Shown one piece after another: positions 62,841 to 64,000 of a stretch of DNA of 64,000 bases. This DNA comes from Lama guanicoe (Eukaryota): NCBI GenBank assembly GCA_013239625.1, contig MU054391.1:5663824-5727823 (forward strand). The letters are read 5' to 3'. The stretch's first letter is position 1; every line of letters starts with the position of its first letter. A program made the position numbers and the translations under genes. The notes below the pieces were generated by a model. That model searched no databases. It had not been told where the DNA came from and saw nothing but the letters and a program-made list of their open reading frames with translations.

Positions 62841-64000
62841 ACGTAGAGGACAAATGGACCACATCCCTACCTGAGACCTGCCTCCTGACAAAGATTCCTT
62901 CTGTAGCTGGAAGCCCCTTGCCTGCCAAGGTCACAGGGCCTCCCTCCCTCCTTGAAAGGCCCTCCGCATCCACGCTGCTCCTCCACCAGCAGGGCAGGGC
63001 CAGAGGACCAAAGGGCCTCACCCAAACGATTCACTTATGACCTGCTTTCACTCAGAAGAAGTCCGTCCAAATGGGCACCAGCTCCATGTCTTACAGATGT
63101 TCAGAGGAGCCCACCTGTCCTGTTCAGTCCGAGCATATCTAGACAGGGCTCCTCGAGGGTGACCTGTGGCCAGGCTCCGTCCCCCACAGTTGTCCAGTTG
63201 TCTGAGACTTGTGTCTCTGTGGGCGGCTCTGCCAGACGATGGGTCCATCCTGACATGGACAGGCCACCCTTGGTGCTTCTGACGGCGTCTCCTGCTCCAG
63301 GTTCCTACCTGGCAGGCTCGGGTCCAGCACTGCCTTGTCCACCACCTGACTCTGTCCTGCTCCGCTGCCCACAGTGCCTCTGCCTCTGGCGGGAGGTCCC
63401 GGTGGGCACTGGGGAGCAGGCCACAGGCCAGACCAGGCCTGGCGGCGGCAGGGAGGAGAACCCGGGCCACCTCTGCCCGCCGTTCCTGGCACTTCTCTCT
63501 CTCCCTGCCCCTGGAGGGGCTCCGGTTGCCCAGCCCTTCGTGGGCCGCAGTGCACTGATGGTTTCATATTGGACTCCTGCTTAAAATTTCACTTGAATGA
63601 ATATTTCCTCAGCTATAAAATTGAATCACCGCTGAATGGTACACTCAAATATGGTGAAAATGGCAAATCCTGTTTATATTTTACTACAATAGAAATAATT
63701 TTCTGAACAATTGCTGGATCAGGTCATCTCTAAGGCCCTATTTGGCTCCAGATTCTGCACCCTGTCATCTGAGAGGTGACCCCTGCACTGTGGGCTCTGT
63801 TCCGTCTCCTCCTAGCACTTTAGAGCAATGAGGGGTCTTCTGTGGGAAGACAGGGACCCTCCCTCCCTTGCCTTGAGGAAGGAGGACCCTGCCACAGTCG
63901 CGGGCACCTGGTAAGGACATCCAAGCCACAGTGTAGAAAGTAGCGGGAAGTGGGGAGAAAGGGGGTGTTCTGGCATCAGCTGCTAAAAACTGGAGAACAG

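Noticed and set aside
1556..63706. Most ORF-track entries as genes
   Set aside because: Short, overlapping on both strands, Pro/Gly/Ser/Arg-rich, often with non-ATG starts; expected by chance in GC-rich mammalian DNA.

Overview
Mammalian genomic DNA, GC-rich and repeat-dense. It is most likely camelid, inferred from six tRNA-derived SINEs of Vic-1 type plus cetartiodactyl-type L1 3' ends. I see no intact protein-coding gene, and nearly all ORF-track entries look like chance ORFs. Supported features: a 5'-truncated PCBD2 retrocopy with a 12-bp TSD (43545-44103, -); a decayed cTAGE/MIA2-like retrocopy split by an L1 fragment (about 61880-62840, -); two MER41-like solo LTRs in opposite orientation, one with an intact GAS site; MLT1 and MER34 LTRs; hAT elements; L1, L2 and MIR fragments; microsatellites. 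The best lead is a string of + strand exon-like segments (24678-30215) with splice signals, mostly matching phases and isolated stops, downstream of a near-perfect RFX X-box. This may be an unrecognised, decayed multi-exon gene. The second lead is an extreme A/T to G/C substitution bias around 62.2-62.8 kb. Repeat family names come from recalled consensus sequences, not from a search.
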